Shown here: positions 1 to 7,696 of the stretch, in pieces
Numbering within the stretch: position 1 is the first letter of the stretch
Layout: each line of letters opens with the position of its first letter
Origin: Candidatus Pacearchaeota archaeon
GTDB lineage: Archaea; Nanobdellota; Nanobdellia; Pacearchaeales; GW2011-AR1
Length of the DNA: 24,000 bases
Reading direction: 5' to 3'
Assembly (NCBI GenBank): GCA_049511795.1
Contig: JBEKXS010000002.1
Coordinates: forward strand, 32,326 to 56,325
Made by a program: the position numbers and the translations under genes
The notes under the pieces: model-generated
Seen by the model: only the letters and a program-made list of their open reading frames with translations
Databases searched by the model: none
What the model was told of the DNA's origin: nothing

Positions 1-624
1 ATAATAATAAACTCTAGTGCCTTTTTTGCTCAACAAAAAAACTTCTTTCAAAAAGCTGTCTTTTAGCTGCGGTCTTGGCATTACAATCACATCAAACTTG
101 TTTTTTATTTTTCCAGCAATTTTCTTGATATCTCCATCAAAGAAAATGATTTTGTTCTTTACATTGTTCAGCTCTGCATTTAGCCTTCCATATTTGTTTG
201 CTTCTTTGTTTATTTCATTTGAATAAATAATTTCTGCTTTTGAATTCTTGGCTATGACAACAGAAAATGGTGCAGCTCCTGCAAACATGACAAAAACATT
301 GTCTTTCTTTTTTATTTTTCCAGCAACTTCTTTTCTTTCATTGCTTAGTCTGGAGGAAAAGTAAACAGAATCAACATTAAACCTAAAAACACAGTTGTTT
401 TCCCTGTAAATTGCCTCTTTTGTTTTGACTCCAGAAACAAATTTCGTTTCCTGCTTTCTCAGTCTACCCTTAAATCCTCCTGTTTTCTCAAGGACGGTTG
501 TTATTGATCTATTCTTCTTCAGAATTTTATCTGCAATTTTTTTCTTTTCCTTTACTTTTGTTCCTCTTGAAAACTTCACAAGGGCAATATTCCCAAGAAT
601 ATCATAAGGTGCTTTTGTGTCCAT
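1..624 (-). CDS. trm5: tRNA (guanine37-N1)-methyltransferase Trm5/Taw22-like (Met-10+ family); C-terminus runs off the left edge
   Basis: Absent from the supplied track because it has no in-window stop. My translation of the minus strand from ATG (622-624): MDTKAPYDILGNIALVKF...NCVFRFNVDSVYFSSRLSNERKEV...NVFVMFAGAAPFSVVIAK...IIYSNEINKEA...FDVIVMPRP...GTRVYYY. This follows the Trm5 pattern (YDxxGdIaxx; fSxRLxxER; FAGxxPFS SAM loop; iiMxxP). Open for 208 codons to base 1. The shared TATA 646-653 is centred 25.5 nt upstream. Confidence 0.7.
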   Translation of the reverse strand, partial: MDTKAPYDILGNIALVKFSRGTKVKEKKKIADKILKKNRSITTVLEKTGGFKGRLRKQETKFVSGVKTKEAIYRENNCVFRFNVDSVYFSSRLSNERKEVAGKIKKKDNVFVMFAGAAPFSVVIAKNSKAEIIYSNEINKEANKYGRLNAELNNVKNKIIFFDGDIKKIAGKIKNKFDVIVMPRPQLKDSFLKEVFLLSKKGTRVYYY

Positions 625-645
625 TATAAAAAAAGAACATTAATC

Positions 646-653
646 TTTATAAA
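646..653. promoter_or_regulatory. Palindromic TATA box TTTATAAA shared by the divergent genes starting at 624(-) and 675(+)
   Basis: Perfect palindrome. Its centre (649.5) is 25.5 nt from the A of both ATGs, and the two ATGs are 51 nt apart. Confidence 0.6.
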
Positions 654-674
654 TATTAAATTACTGTCTGTGGT

Positions 675-1469
675 ATGAAAAGAGGTTTAGGTTTGTCTTT
701 GTTAGTTTTGGTTTCTGGCTTGTTTATCTTAAATTTTGTTAGCGCTCAGTTTTTTGGGTCAAACAGCTTTTCAATAACCAGCTTCTTCAACAGTGTCAAT
801 CCTCAAGACATGACTTTTTTGGCGCTTTTCTTCATTCTTTTTGCACTCATCTTTTTCATTCTTAGCAAAGCCCGTTTTTTCAGAGACGCTTATGGAAATC
901 CAAATAGGGCAGTAATAGGTGTAATTGCTATAGCAGTTTCTTTGTTAAGCACATATTATCTTTACACATCTGGTTTTGATTTGCAAGGAATGTTTTCAGG
1001 GTTTGGTGTTTCTTCTGACATATTTTATCCTGTCTTTGCTGTAATTTTGGTTGTAGCTGCAATCTTCATGATTATGTACATGGGATTCAGAGGATTTTTC
1101 ATAATATCGGGAATATTACTTATTCTTGTAGCTCTTTTCACAAACCTAATTTATTCAGAAGGCATTGCAATAATTGTCGGCATAATACTTCTTGCTCTTG
1201 GGCTATGGATGGGAAGAGGTTCTAAAAATGCAATGATAAGTGGAGGAAGAGCTTTTGGAGGACAAGTTAGGAAAGATTATCCTGCAGCTTCAGCAGGATG
1301 GCTATGGGTTTTATTAAGCGGTTTAGTACTTGTAGTTGGGTTTGCTTTGAGTAATGGAATAGTTATGATTATCGGATTTATTTTGACTGTTGTAACATTA
1401 TGGATTAAATTTAGAGGACCAAAACCACAGCAATCAGGTTATCTTGAACCACATCCAGTAAATATCTAA
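675..1469 (+). CDS. Hypothetical polytopic membrane protein
   Basis: Track ORF of 264 aa with its ATG at the canonical distance from TATA 646-653. N-terminal signal/anchor MKRGLGLSLLVLVSGLFILNFVSAQ, then multiple long hydrophobic segments. No family recognised. Confidence 0.6.
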   Translation: MKRGLGLSLLVLVSGLFILNFVSAQFFGSNSFSITSFFNSVNPQDMTFLALFFILFALIFFILSKARFFRDAYGNPNRAVIGVIAIAVSLLSTYYLYTSGFDLQGMFSGFGVSSDIFYPVFAVILVVAAIFMIMYMGFRGFFIISGILLILVALFTNLIYSEGIAIIVGIILLALGLWMGRGSKNAMISGGRAFGGQVRKDYPAASAGWLWVLLSGLVLVVGFALSNGIVMIIGFILTVVTLWIKFRGPKPQQSGYLEPHPVNI

Positions 1470-2507
1470 TTAAACCCAATCACCCAACGCTTTCTGTTTT
1501 TTCTGCTCTTTTATCTCGTGCAGTTTCTCAAGTTGCTTGTCAACCCTTTCTTCTGAGAAATCATGTTCGTTGACAAGAATTCTTTTTATTTCATCCTCGT
1601 TAACTTTGTGGAATTTAATGTCTGGATTTACAGTTCTTGGTTTGTGAAATAATTCAAAAATTTCCTGCCAATCAAATCTATCTTCTAAAGGCAGACCCAT
1701 CATCTGCTCTTCAACACTTTTGAAAATCAAAACAGGCTGCTTGTATTTTTTTACAAGTTCCAAAGCTCTTTTCTGTCCTATTCCTGGAATTCCTCTTGGA
1801 TTGTAATCTGTTCCAACTAAAATTCCCAAGCATATTAACTGATCCAAATTTATTTCTAGAAGATTTAACACACGATCCAATTCAATAAGTTCTGGTTTTA
1901 TTTCAACCCAGCCGGAAATTGTTTTTCTTTTTCTGGCAAGTCCTAAATTTCTTATGAGCTTTGTCGCTCCAAAAAGAAGGCTGTCATAATCCTGGCTCAC
2001 AACTCCATAGCTTGGCTTGACTCTACTAAGAAAAGCAGCTTCTGATTCTCCTTCCCCAGGAGCCTGAACAACTCCGATGCCCATTGCTTCCAAAAGCTCT
2101 TTGCTTTCTCTCAACATTTCATCATTAATCTTGACAAACTGGGAACTGTAGCGTTTCATTCCTTCAACATCTTCTTCCTGCTTCGCTTCTTCATATCTTG
2201 ATTTCGCAAGTTCTCTTACTTCTGCCCTTATTTTGTGTGTTCCTGCTTTCAAATCAGGAGGAGTTCCATCAAAAACATAAACCATTTTTATCCCTTCTGC
2301 AAGAAGGTTGACATTTCTATAGAAAATTCCAGACAAATGGGAAGTAACCCTGTGCTTATTGTCCATCAAAGGCGTCCCATCTGGCTGCCTGATTGTTGAA
2401 AGAAACTGGTAAAGCATGTTAAATGCATCTACAAAAACCAACTTGTCTTTTAAGTCAGAGATTTCTATCTCTTTTCTTGGAATTATGTCCTTGATATTTA
2501 GTCCCAT
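1470..2507 (-). CDS. fen: Flap endonuclease 1 (FEN-1)
   Basis: 345 aa. XPG-N block MGLNIKDIIPRKEI...VFVDAFNMLYQFLSTIRQPDGTPLMD...TSHLSGIFYRNVNLLAEGIKMVYVFDGTPPDLK; XPG-I block VVQAPGEGESEAA...VVSQDYDSLLFGA; H3TH GTDYNPRGIPGIGQKRA. Its stop abuts the stop of the convergent gene at 1469. Confidence 0.95.
   Translation of the reverse strand: MGLNIKDIIPRKEIEISDLKDKLVFVDAFNMLYQFLSTIRQPDGTPLMDNKHRVTSHLSGIFYRNVNLLAEGIKMVYVFDGTPPDLKAGTHKIRAEVRELAKSRYEEAKQEEDVEGMKRYSSQFVKINDEMLRESKELLEAMGIGVVQAPGEGESEAAFLSRVKPSYGVVSQDYDSLLFGATKLIRNLGLARKRKTISGWVEIKPELIELDRVLNLLEINLDQLICLGILVGTDYNPRGIPGIGQKRALELVKKYKQPVLIFKSVEEQMMGLPLEDRFDWQEIFELFHKPRTVNPDIKFHKVNEDEIKRILVNEHDFSEERVDKQLEKLHEIKEQKKQKALGDWV
1473..1496 (-). 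other. C-terminal PIP-like box of FEN1 (QKALGDWV)
   Basis: The last 8 codons fit QxxLxx[aromatic]x. Archaeal FEN1 proteins are known to bind PCNA through a C-terminal PIP box. Confidence 0.6.
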
Positions 2508-2547
2508 TTTACTAAGGAATTAAGGAAAAATAAATATAAATAATTAT

Positions 2548-2979
2548 CTAAGCATAAGCAGCTGTTTCCTCACCTGGTTCATAACCATATTCTCTAGCCT
2601 GTGCGTATACTTTCCTTTTTACATCCATGAAAAAACCGCGTAATTGTGGGGCTTTTAATTTGTAATATTGCCTAGAAATAGGAATCCCTAAATTTTTAAG
2701 GTCTCTAAGAATTCTTAATCTTTCTTTTTTAGATATTTTTTCCCCTGTTTCTGTAAGTTCCAATTGTCTTGCTGCCAATAAAAAAACTGTAGGTTTAACT
2801 TTTGTTTCTAAGCCGGATGTTTCTGGAGCAATTTTAGGCAAGCCTAGTTGTTCTCTTATTTTAGTATTAATTTCCGGAAAGCTCTGTCTAGTGCCTATTT
2901 CTTCATCATAGTCTCCAGGCCAATCAAGATTAGGTATTCCATGAAGTCTTGGTCCGCTTGGTTCATCATAATCTCCCAT
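2548..2979 (-). CDS. Hypothetical protein (acidic GDYDE-repeat N-terminus, basic C-terminal half)
   Basis: Track ORF of 143 aa with its ATG 25.5 nt from TATA 3001-3008. MGDYDEPSGP...WPGDYDEEIG internal repeat, then ...KKERLRILRDLKNLGIPISRQYYKLKAPQLRGFFMDVKRKVYAQAREYGY. No family recognised by eye. Confidence 0.55.
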   Translation of the reverse strand: MGDYDEPSGPRLHGIPNLDWPGDYDEEIGTRQSFPEINTKIREQLGLPKIAPETSGLETKVKPTVFLLAARQLELTETGEKISKKERLRILRDLKNLGIPISRQYYKLKAPQLRGFFMDVKRKVYAQAREYGYEPGEETAAYA

Positions 2980-3000
2980 ACCTTTATTCCTTGAAAATCA

Positions 3001-3008
3001 TATATAAA
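3001..3008 (-). promoter_or_regulatory. TATA box (TTTATATA on the minus strand) for the 2548-2979 gene
   Basis: Centre 3004.5 is 25.5 nt from the ATG at 2979. Confidence 0.55.
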
Positions 3009-3042
3009 CCTTATGAAAAACCTTTCTTTTGGATCATTAAAC

Positions 3043-3050
3043 TTTAAATA
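3043..3050 (+). promoter_or_regulatory. TATA box (TTTAAATA) for polB
   Basis: Centre 3046.5 is 25.5 nt from the ATG at 3072. Confidence 0.55.
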
Positions 3051-3071
3051 AGTCACCCTATTACTAAGATA

Positions 3072-5543
3072 ATGGAAACAGATTTTATCCCTATAGATTA
3101 TGACCACTTTGATTTTGAGGACAGAAATTACATAAAAATCTTCGGAAGAAACAGCAAAAACCAGAGAATCTGTGTTATTGACACTTGTCCAATCTATCTT
3201 TGGGCAATAATCAAGGACTCAGTGAGCCAAGAAAAAATAAACAAGCTCATTGAAAAGATAAAAGATATTGAACTTGATGTTAAGGGCAGAAAAACAAAGG
3301 TTGAAAAAATCGAGATTCATGAAAAAAATTTCCTTGACAAAAAAGTCAGAGCCTTGAAAATCTTCGCTACAAATTACAAAGACCTTCATGATGTTGCAGA
3401 CCGTTTGGATTTTCCAGAAATACAGTGTAGAAGAGGGTATGATTTAGGTTTTGATACTCATTATATAATTGAAAAAAGGATAAATCCATTGCAATGGTAT
3501 AAAATATCTGGAGAAGTTCTCAACAATTCTCAGAATTTTGGGGGGGTTGATTCAAATCTTGATGTTGATTTTTGCATTAAATTGGACTCCGCAAAAAAAA
3601 TAGATAATGACCTCGGTTTCAAGCCAAAAGTAATGGCTTATGATATTGAAACAGATGACATAAAGCTTGGGGAAGGTGAGATTTTGATGGTTTCTCTTGT
3701 TACAGATAGTTTCAAAAAAGTTATCACATGGAAAAAACCAAAAACAAGCGAGAAAAATCTTGATTTTCTAGAATTTGTTAAAGATGAGGCAGATTTGATA
3801 GAAAAATTCCTTGAATATGTAAAAAAGTTCTCTCCTGATTTTCTTGTTGGTTATTTCTCAGATGGTTTTGATCTTCCTTACATGAAAATGCGTGCAGAAA
3901 AAAATAATATAAGACTTTCAATTGGTCTTGATTCAAGCCAGCCTCGTTTCTCACGGGGATTTGAAGTTACTGCAAAAACAAAAGGTATTGTTCACGTGGA
4001 TCTCTTGAAATTCATAAGAACAGCATACTCTCAATATATGCAATCAGAAACTTTGTCTTTAAATGAAGTTGCACATGAATTTCTTGGTGATGAAAAAAAG
4101 CCATTCAAGCATCAGCATTCTTCAAAGCTAACTGATTCAAATTGGGAAAGTTATTTTGAATACAATCTTCATGATTCTGTTCTTGTTTATGGCTTGTTCG
4201 AAAAAATGTGGCCAGATATTCTTGAGTTCAGCAGAGTAATGCATGAGCCAACTTCAGAAGTAACAAGAAATGGGATGTCAAAGAATGTTGAATCATTCAT
4301 CCTTCATAATCTTGAAAAATTCAATGAAATTCCTGAAAAAAGGCCGACAAATGAGGAAATAGGCCAGAGAAGAGGAAAAGAAAAATATGAAGGAGCTTTT
4401 GTTTTTGAACCAACACATGGACTGTATGAGAATGTTGCAGTCTTTGACTTCACATCAAGTTATGGAAGCACAATAGTTACATACAATCTTTCAAAATCTA
4501 CATTTATTGATGATAAAAAATCTGAAAAAGATTCTTACAATATAGAAATTCAAGGCAAGAAAGTTTCTTTCAGTAAAAAACCTGGGTTTTTCCCGGAAAT
4601 GCTCAAAGAAATAATTGAAAAAAGGAAAAAATTCAAGGAAGAGCTAAACAAAAAGCCAGATGTAATAAAAAGAGCAAGAAGCAATGCATTCAAGCTGCTG
4701 GCAAATGCTTCCTATGGTTATCAGGGATTTTTCGGAGCAAGATATTATTCAAGAGAAGCTGCTGCTGCAACAGCTGCATTTGCAAAAAAATCAATCAGAG
4801 ATTCAATAGAAAAAATAGACAAGAGTGGCTACAAAGTAATTTACAGCGACACAGATAGTATAGCTTTCCTTATTGAAAATCATACAGAAGAACAGGCAAA
4901 AAAACTTTTGGAAAAATTAAATTCAGAGCTTCCTGGAATAATGGAGCTTGAGCTTGAAGGATTTTTCACCCGCGGTTTATGGGTTACAAAAAGATCAGGA
5001 ACACTTGGAGCAAAAAAGAAATATGCTCTTCTTGGAAAAGATAACAAGCTAAAAATCAGGGGTTTTGAAACAGTCAGGCGTGATTGGTGCAGCCTAGCAA
5101 GAAAAACGCAGAATGAAGTTATTAGAATGGTTTTGCAGGACGGAAATGAGCGAAGAGCGCTGGATTTCATAAAAAAAGTAATTCAGGACTTGAAGCAAAG
5201 AAAAATCCAGAGAGAAGAAATCATAATCAAGACAATGCTGCAAAAACCATTGGCAGAATACAAAGCAATTTCTCCTCATGTTATTGCGGCTCAAAAAATG
5301 CAGGAAAAAGAAATTCCAATAGGCAGCGGAAACATGATTGAATATTTTATAGCAGAAACAAGGGAAAAAAAGAAACTAGTCCGCGACAAGGTTAAGCTTC
5401 CTGATGAAAAAGGAGAATACAACATAGAATATTACCTTAACAAACAAATTCTTCCGGCAGTCGAAAACATTCTTCAGGTTTTCAACATAAATATTCATGA
5501 AATGATTGATGGAAAAAAGCAGACCAAGCTAGGAGACTTCTAA
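3072..5543 (+). CDS. polB: Family-B DNA polymerase (PolB)
   Basis: 823 aa. Exo I MAYDIETDD; Exo II GYFSDGFDLPYM; Exo III YNLHDSVLVYGL; motif A VFDFTSSYGSTIV (divergent from DxxSLYPS); motif B KLLANASYGYQGF; motif C VIYSDTDSIAF; KxY motif GAKKKYALL. Its length gives no sign of an intein. Confidence 0.95.
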   Translation: METDFIPIDYDHFDFEDRNYIKIFGRNSKNQRICVIDTCPIYLWAIIKDSVSQEKINKLIEKIKDIELDVKGRKTKVEKIEIHEKNFLDKKVRALKIFATNYKDLHDVADRLDFPEIQCRRGYDLGFDTHYIIEKRINPLQWYKISGEVLNNSQNFGGVDSNLDVDFCIKLDSAKKIDNDLGFKPKVMAYDIETDDIKLGEGEILMVSLVTDSFKKVITWKKPKTSEKNLDFLEFVKDEADLIEKFLEYVKKFSPDFLVGYFSDGFDLPYMKMRAEKNNIRLSIGLDSSQPRFSRGFEVTAKTKGIVHVDLLKFIRTAYSQYMQSETLSLNEVAHEFLGDEKKPFKHQHSSKLTDSNWESYFEYNLHDSVLVYGLFEKMWPDILEFSRVMHEPTSEVTRNGMSKNVESFILHNLEKFNEIPEKRPTNEEIGQRRGKEKYEGAFVFEPTHGLYENVAVFDFTSSYGSTIVTYNLSKSTFIDDKKSEKDSYNIEIQGKKVSFSKKPGFFPEMLKEIIEKRKKFKEELNKKPDVIKRARSNAFKLLANASYGYQGFFGARYYSREAAAATAAFAKKSIRDSIEKIDKSGYKVIYSDTDSIAFLIENHTEEQAKKLLEKLNSELPGIMELELEGFFTRGLWVTKRSGTLGAKKKYALLGKDNKLKIRGFETVRRDWCSLARKTQNEVIRMVLQDGNERRALDFIKKVIQDLKQRKIQREEIIIKTMLQKPLAEYKAISPHVIAAQKMQEKEIPIGSGNMIEYFIAETREKKKLVRDKVKLPDEKGEYNIEYYLNKQILPAVENILQVFNINIHEMIDGKKQTKLGDF
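5520..5540 (+). other. C-terminal PIP-like box of PolB (QTKLGDF, then stop)
   Basis: QxxLxxF at the extreme C-terminus; the second aromatic position is missing because the protein ends. Confidence 0.45.
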
Positions 5544-5544
5544 C

Positions 5545-5549
5545 TTTTT
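5545..5549 (+). terminator. Oligo-T run (T5) just after the polB stop
   Basis: TAACTTTTTAA. Archaeal termination typically occurs at oligo-T tracts. Confidence 0.35.
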
Positions 5550-5691
5550 AACTCTTAAATTGATTTAAGCAAATACTAATGCGGCAACAGCTGCAAGAAT
5601 TGCTATAAATGCCCAGCCCTTGTGATGACCCCAAGCTGTAGCAGCAACAATAGCACAAACAACAGCTGCACCTATACCTAATGCGTCCATT
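5548..5691 (-). CDS. Small ORF (47 aa as read), possibly frameshifted small two-helix membrane protein
   Basis: Below the track size cutoff. The ATG at 5691 lies 24.5 nt from the palindromic TATA 5712-5719. As read: MDALGIGAAVVCAIVAAYSLGSSQGLGIYSNSCSCCRISICLNQFKS. From about 5640 a different frame encodes TAWGHHKGWAFIAILAAVAALVFA, ending with a stop at 5565-5567 (see findings). Confidence 0.35.
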   Translation of the reverse strand, partial: NGRIRYRCSCCLCYCCCYSLGSSQGLGIYSNSCSCCRISICLNQFKS

Positions 5692-5711
5692 AGAGAATAA
5701 CCCAAACTAAA

Positions 5712-5719
5712 TTTATAAA
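5712..5719. promoter_or_regulatory. Palindromic TATA box TTTATAAA shared by the divergent starts 5691(-) and 5742(+)
   Basis: Centre 5715.5 is 24.5 nt from 5691 and 26.5 nt from 5742. The ATGs are again exactly 51 nt apart. Confidence 0.55.
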
Positions 5720-5741
5720 CGTAACTAAACTTTCGATATTT

Positions 5742-6704
5742 ATGGTAAAGAAACTTTATCCACCAAAGCCTCTTTTTCTTGAGAGAATGAAGTCTCTTCT
5801 TGAAAAAGATTTTGACAATTATCTGAAAATTCTTGAAAAGCCACCTGTAAATTCAATCAGATGCAACACATTAAAAATATCTCCAGAAGAATTGAAAAAA
5901 AGGCTTGAAAAAATGTCTTGGATTATAGAACAGCCATTCAAAGAAGCTCCAGAAGTCATGATAATAAAAAATAACCTCCAGCCGGGCGAATTGGGAAGAA
6001 GTCTTGAACATCTTCTCGGTTATTATTATGTTCAGGAAATTGCAAGCATGCTTCCTGTTCTTGTTTTGAAGCCAAAGCCAGGTGAACTTGTTCTTGATTT
6101 GGCAGCTGCTCCTGGAAGTAAGACAACTCAGATTGCAGCAGAAATGGAAAATAAAGGAACAATAATTGCAAATGAAGTAAGCATTGGTCGTTTGAAAATT
6201 CTTGCATCAAATACAGAAAGATGCGGAGTCTTGAATGCAGTAATAACAAAAAAAGATGGTGTAGCTCTTTGCAAGAGAATGAAAGAGCAAGGTTTTCTTT
6301 TTGACAAAATCCTTGTTGATGCTCCTTGCTCTGGAGAAGGAACAATCCGTAGTTCCAATATAACAAACTTGATGTGGAATCCAAAAACAATAAAACAGCT
6401 TTCCAAGCTCCAGAAATCGCTATTAGCTTCTGCAATAGAAATTTTGAAAACAGGGGGCGAGATTGTTTACAGCACATGCACTCATGCGCCAGAAGAAAAC
6501 GAGGAAGTTATTGATTTTGTTCTTAAAGAATCTGGAAAAAATGTTAAAGTAGAAAAAATAAGTCTTCCAATTAAATGCCGACCTGGTGTAACTAACTGGG
6601 AAAATAGTTCTTATAATAAAACAGTTGAAAATTCTTGCAGAGTTTATCCTCAGGACAATGATACAGAAGGATTTTTCATAGCAAAAATCAGGAAAATAAA
6701 ATGA
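5742..6704 (+). CDS. NOL1/NOP2/Sun-family RNA (cytosine-C5)-methyltransferase
   Basis: 320 aa. YYVQEIASMLP; SAM loop DLAAAPGSKTTQIA; motif IV DKILVDAPCSGEGT (Pro-Cys); motif VI GGEIVYSTCT (Thr-Cys); C-terminal NDTEGFFIAK. Confidence 0.85.
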   Translation: MVKKLYPPKPLFLERMKSLLEKDFDNYLKILEKPPVNSIRCNTLKISPEELKKRLEKMSWIIEQPFKEAPEVMIIKNNLQPGELGRSLEHLLGYYYVQEIASMLPVLVLKPKPGELVLDLAAAPGSKTTQIAAEMENKGTIIANEVSIGRLKILASNTERCGVLNAVITKKDGVALCKRMKEQGFLFDKILVDAPCSGEGTIRSSNITNLMWNPKTIKQLSKLQKSLLASAIEILKTGGEIVYSTCTHAPEENEEVIDFVLKESGKNVKVEKISLPIKCRPGVTNWENSSYNKTVENSCRVYPQDNDTEGFFIAKIRKIK

Positions 6705-7192
6705 AGAGAATAAGGATAATTGGAACTCCTGGAAGCGGAAAATCCTACCTTGCAGAATTAATTTCTAGAAAATTGAAAATTCGAGTTTATGATTTAGATG
6801 ATTTATATTGGTATAAAAAATATAGTAAGAAAAGAAGCCCAAAAAAATTAAGAGAATTAATAAAAAATATAACAAATAAAAAATCATGGATAATAGAGGG
6901 GATGCAATATGGTGTTGATAGTGAGTGGATTATAAAAAAAAGTGAACTTGTAATATGGGTTAATCCTTCTTTACATAAAATTATTTTTAGGTTAATTCTA
7001 AGGCATAAAAATAGAAAGAACGAAAAATTGTCTGGAACCCTAAAACTTATAAAATCAGTTATAAAATATAAGCTTAATATAAACTCCAAACACAAAAAAG
7101 CCCATAATAGTTACTTTCAAAAATATAGTCATAAATTCATTGTGATAAAAAATAATAAAGGTATAGAAAAATTCTTGGGAATTTTAAAATGA
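6701..7192 (+). CDS. P-loop NTPase/kinase, adenylate-kinase-like (FlaR/topology-modulation-type)
   Basis: 163 aa. MKRIRIIGTPGSGKSYLAELISRKLKIRVYDLDDLYW: Walker A followed by the hLDxLxW pattern of this small kinase family. ATGA overlap with the upstream stop (6701-6704). Confidence 0.55.
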   Translation: MKRIRIIGTPGSGKSYLAELISRKLKIRVYDLDDLYWYKKYSKKRSPKKLRELIKNITNKKSWIIEGMQYGVDSEWIIKKSELVIWVNPSLHKIIFRLILRHKNRKNEKLSGTLKLIKSVIKYKLNINSKHKKAHNSYFQKYSHKFIVIKNNKGIEKFLGILK

Positions 7193-7656
7193 GTTTCATA
7201 AAAATATTAAACGAAAGAGAAAAGACAAAGATAGAAGAGCAATTAAAAGAGCAATTTGGCATTTCTTCTGTTCCTGGCACAATCATAATGCGTGGCGCAG
7301 AAAGATTATTTCTTTTTTCTGGAAATCTTAGTGAAAAAGAAATTGAAAAACTTGAGAAATGCACATTCATAGAAAGAATGGGTGTTTATTTTGCAAAACT
7401 TGTTGATGACAAAATCAGATTAAGTATTGAAGGCTCCCAAATTCTTAAAGATCAAGTAACAAAGAATATTTTTACATTGGATTCCAAGCAAGCAGAAGAA
7501 TGGATGAAAGGCCGTGAGCTTCCTATTAAAACAGAAACTCATGGATTTTTGATAATGAAGCATGGAGAAGATTTTCTTGGAACAGGAAAAGCTTCTGATG
7601 AAAAAATTGGAAACTTTATTCCAAAGAATAGAAGATTAAGGGAAAGGCAGCAGTAA
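7189..7656 (+). CDS. Nip7-like PUA-domain protein (UPF0113-type), tentative
   Basis: 155 aa with an ATGA overlap with the upstream gene (7189-7192). The C-terminal HGFLIMKHGEDFLGTGKASDEKIGNFIPKNRRL resembles the PUA end of archaeal Nip7 homologues (..vLGiG....i.N..p). Called from memory of the family only. Confidence 0.45.
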   Translation: MSFIKILNEREKTKIEEQLKEQFGISSVPGTIIMRGAERLFLFSGNLSEKEIEKLEKCTFIERMGVYFAKLVDDKIRLSIEGSQILKDQVTKNIFTLDSKQAEEWMKGRELPIKTETHGFLIMKHGEDFLGTGKASDEKIGNFIPKNRRLRERQQ

Positions 7657-7667
7657 TTAACAAAAAT

Positions 7668-7675
7668 TTTATAAA
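7668..7675 (+). promoter_or_regulatory. TATA box (TTTATAAA) for map
   Basis: Centre 7671.5 is 25.5 nt from the ATG at 7697. The track start at 7676 abuts this box, so it is unlikely to be used. Confidence 0.55.
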
Positions 7676-7696
7676 ATGCTGTTTTCTTCAATAAAA

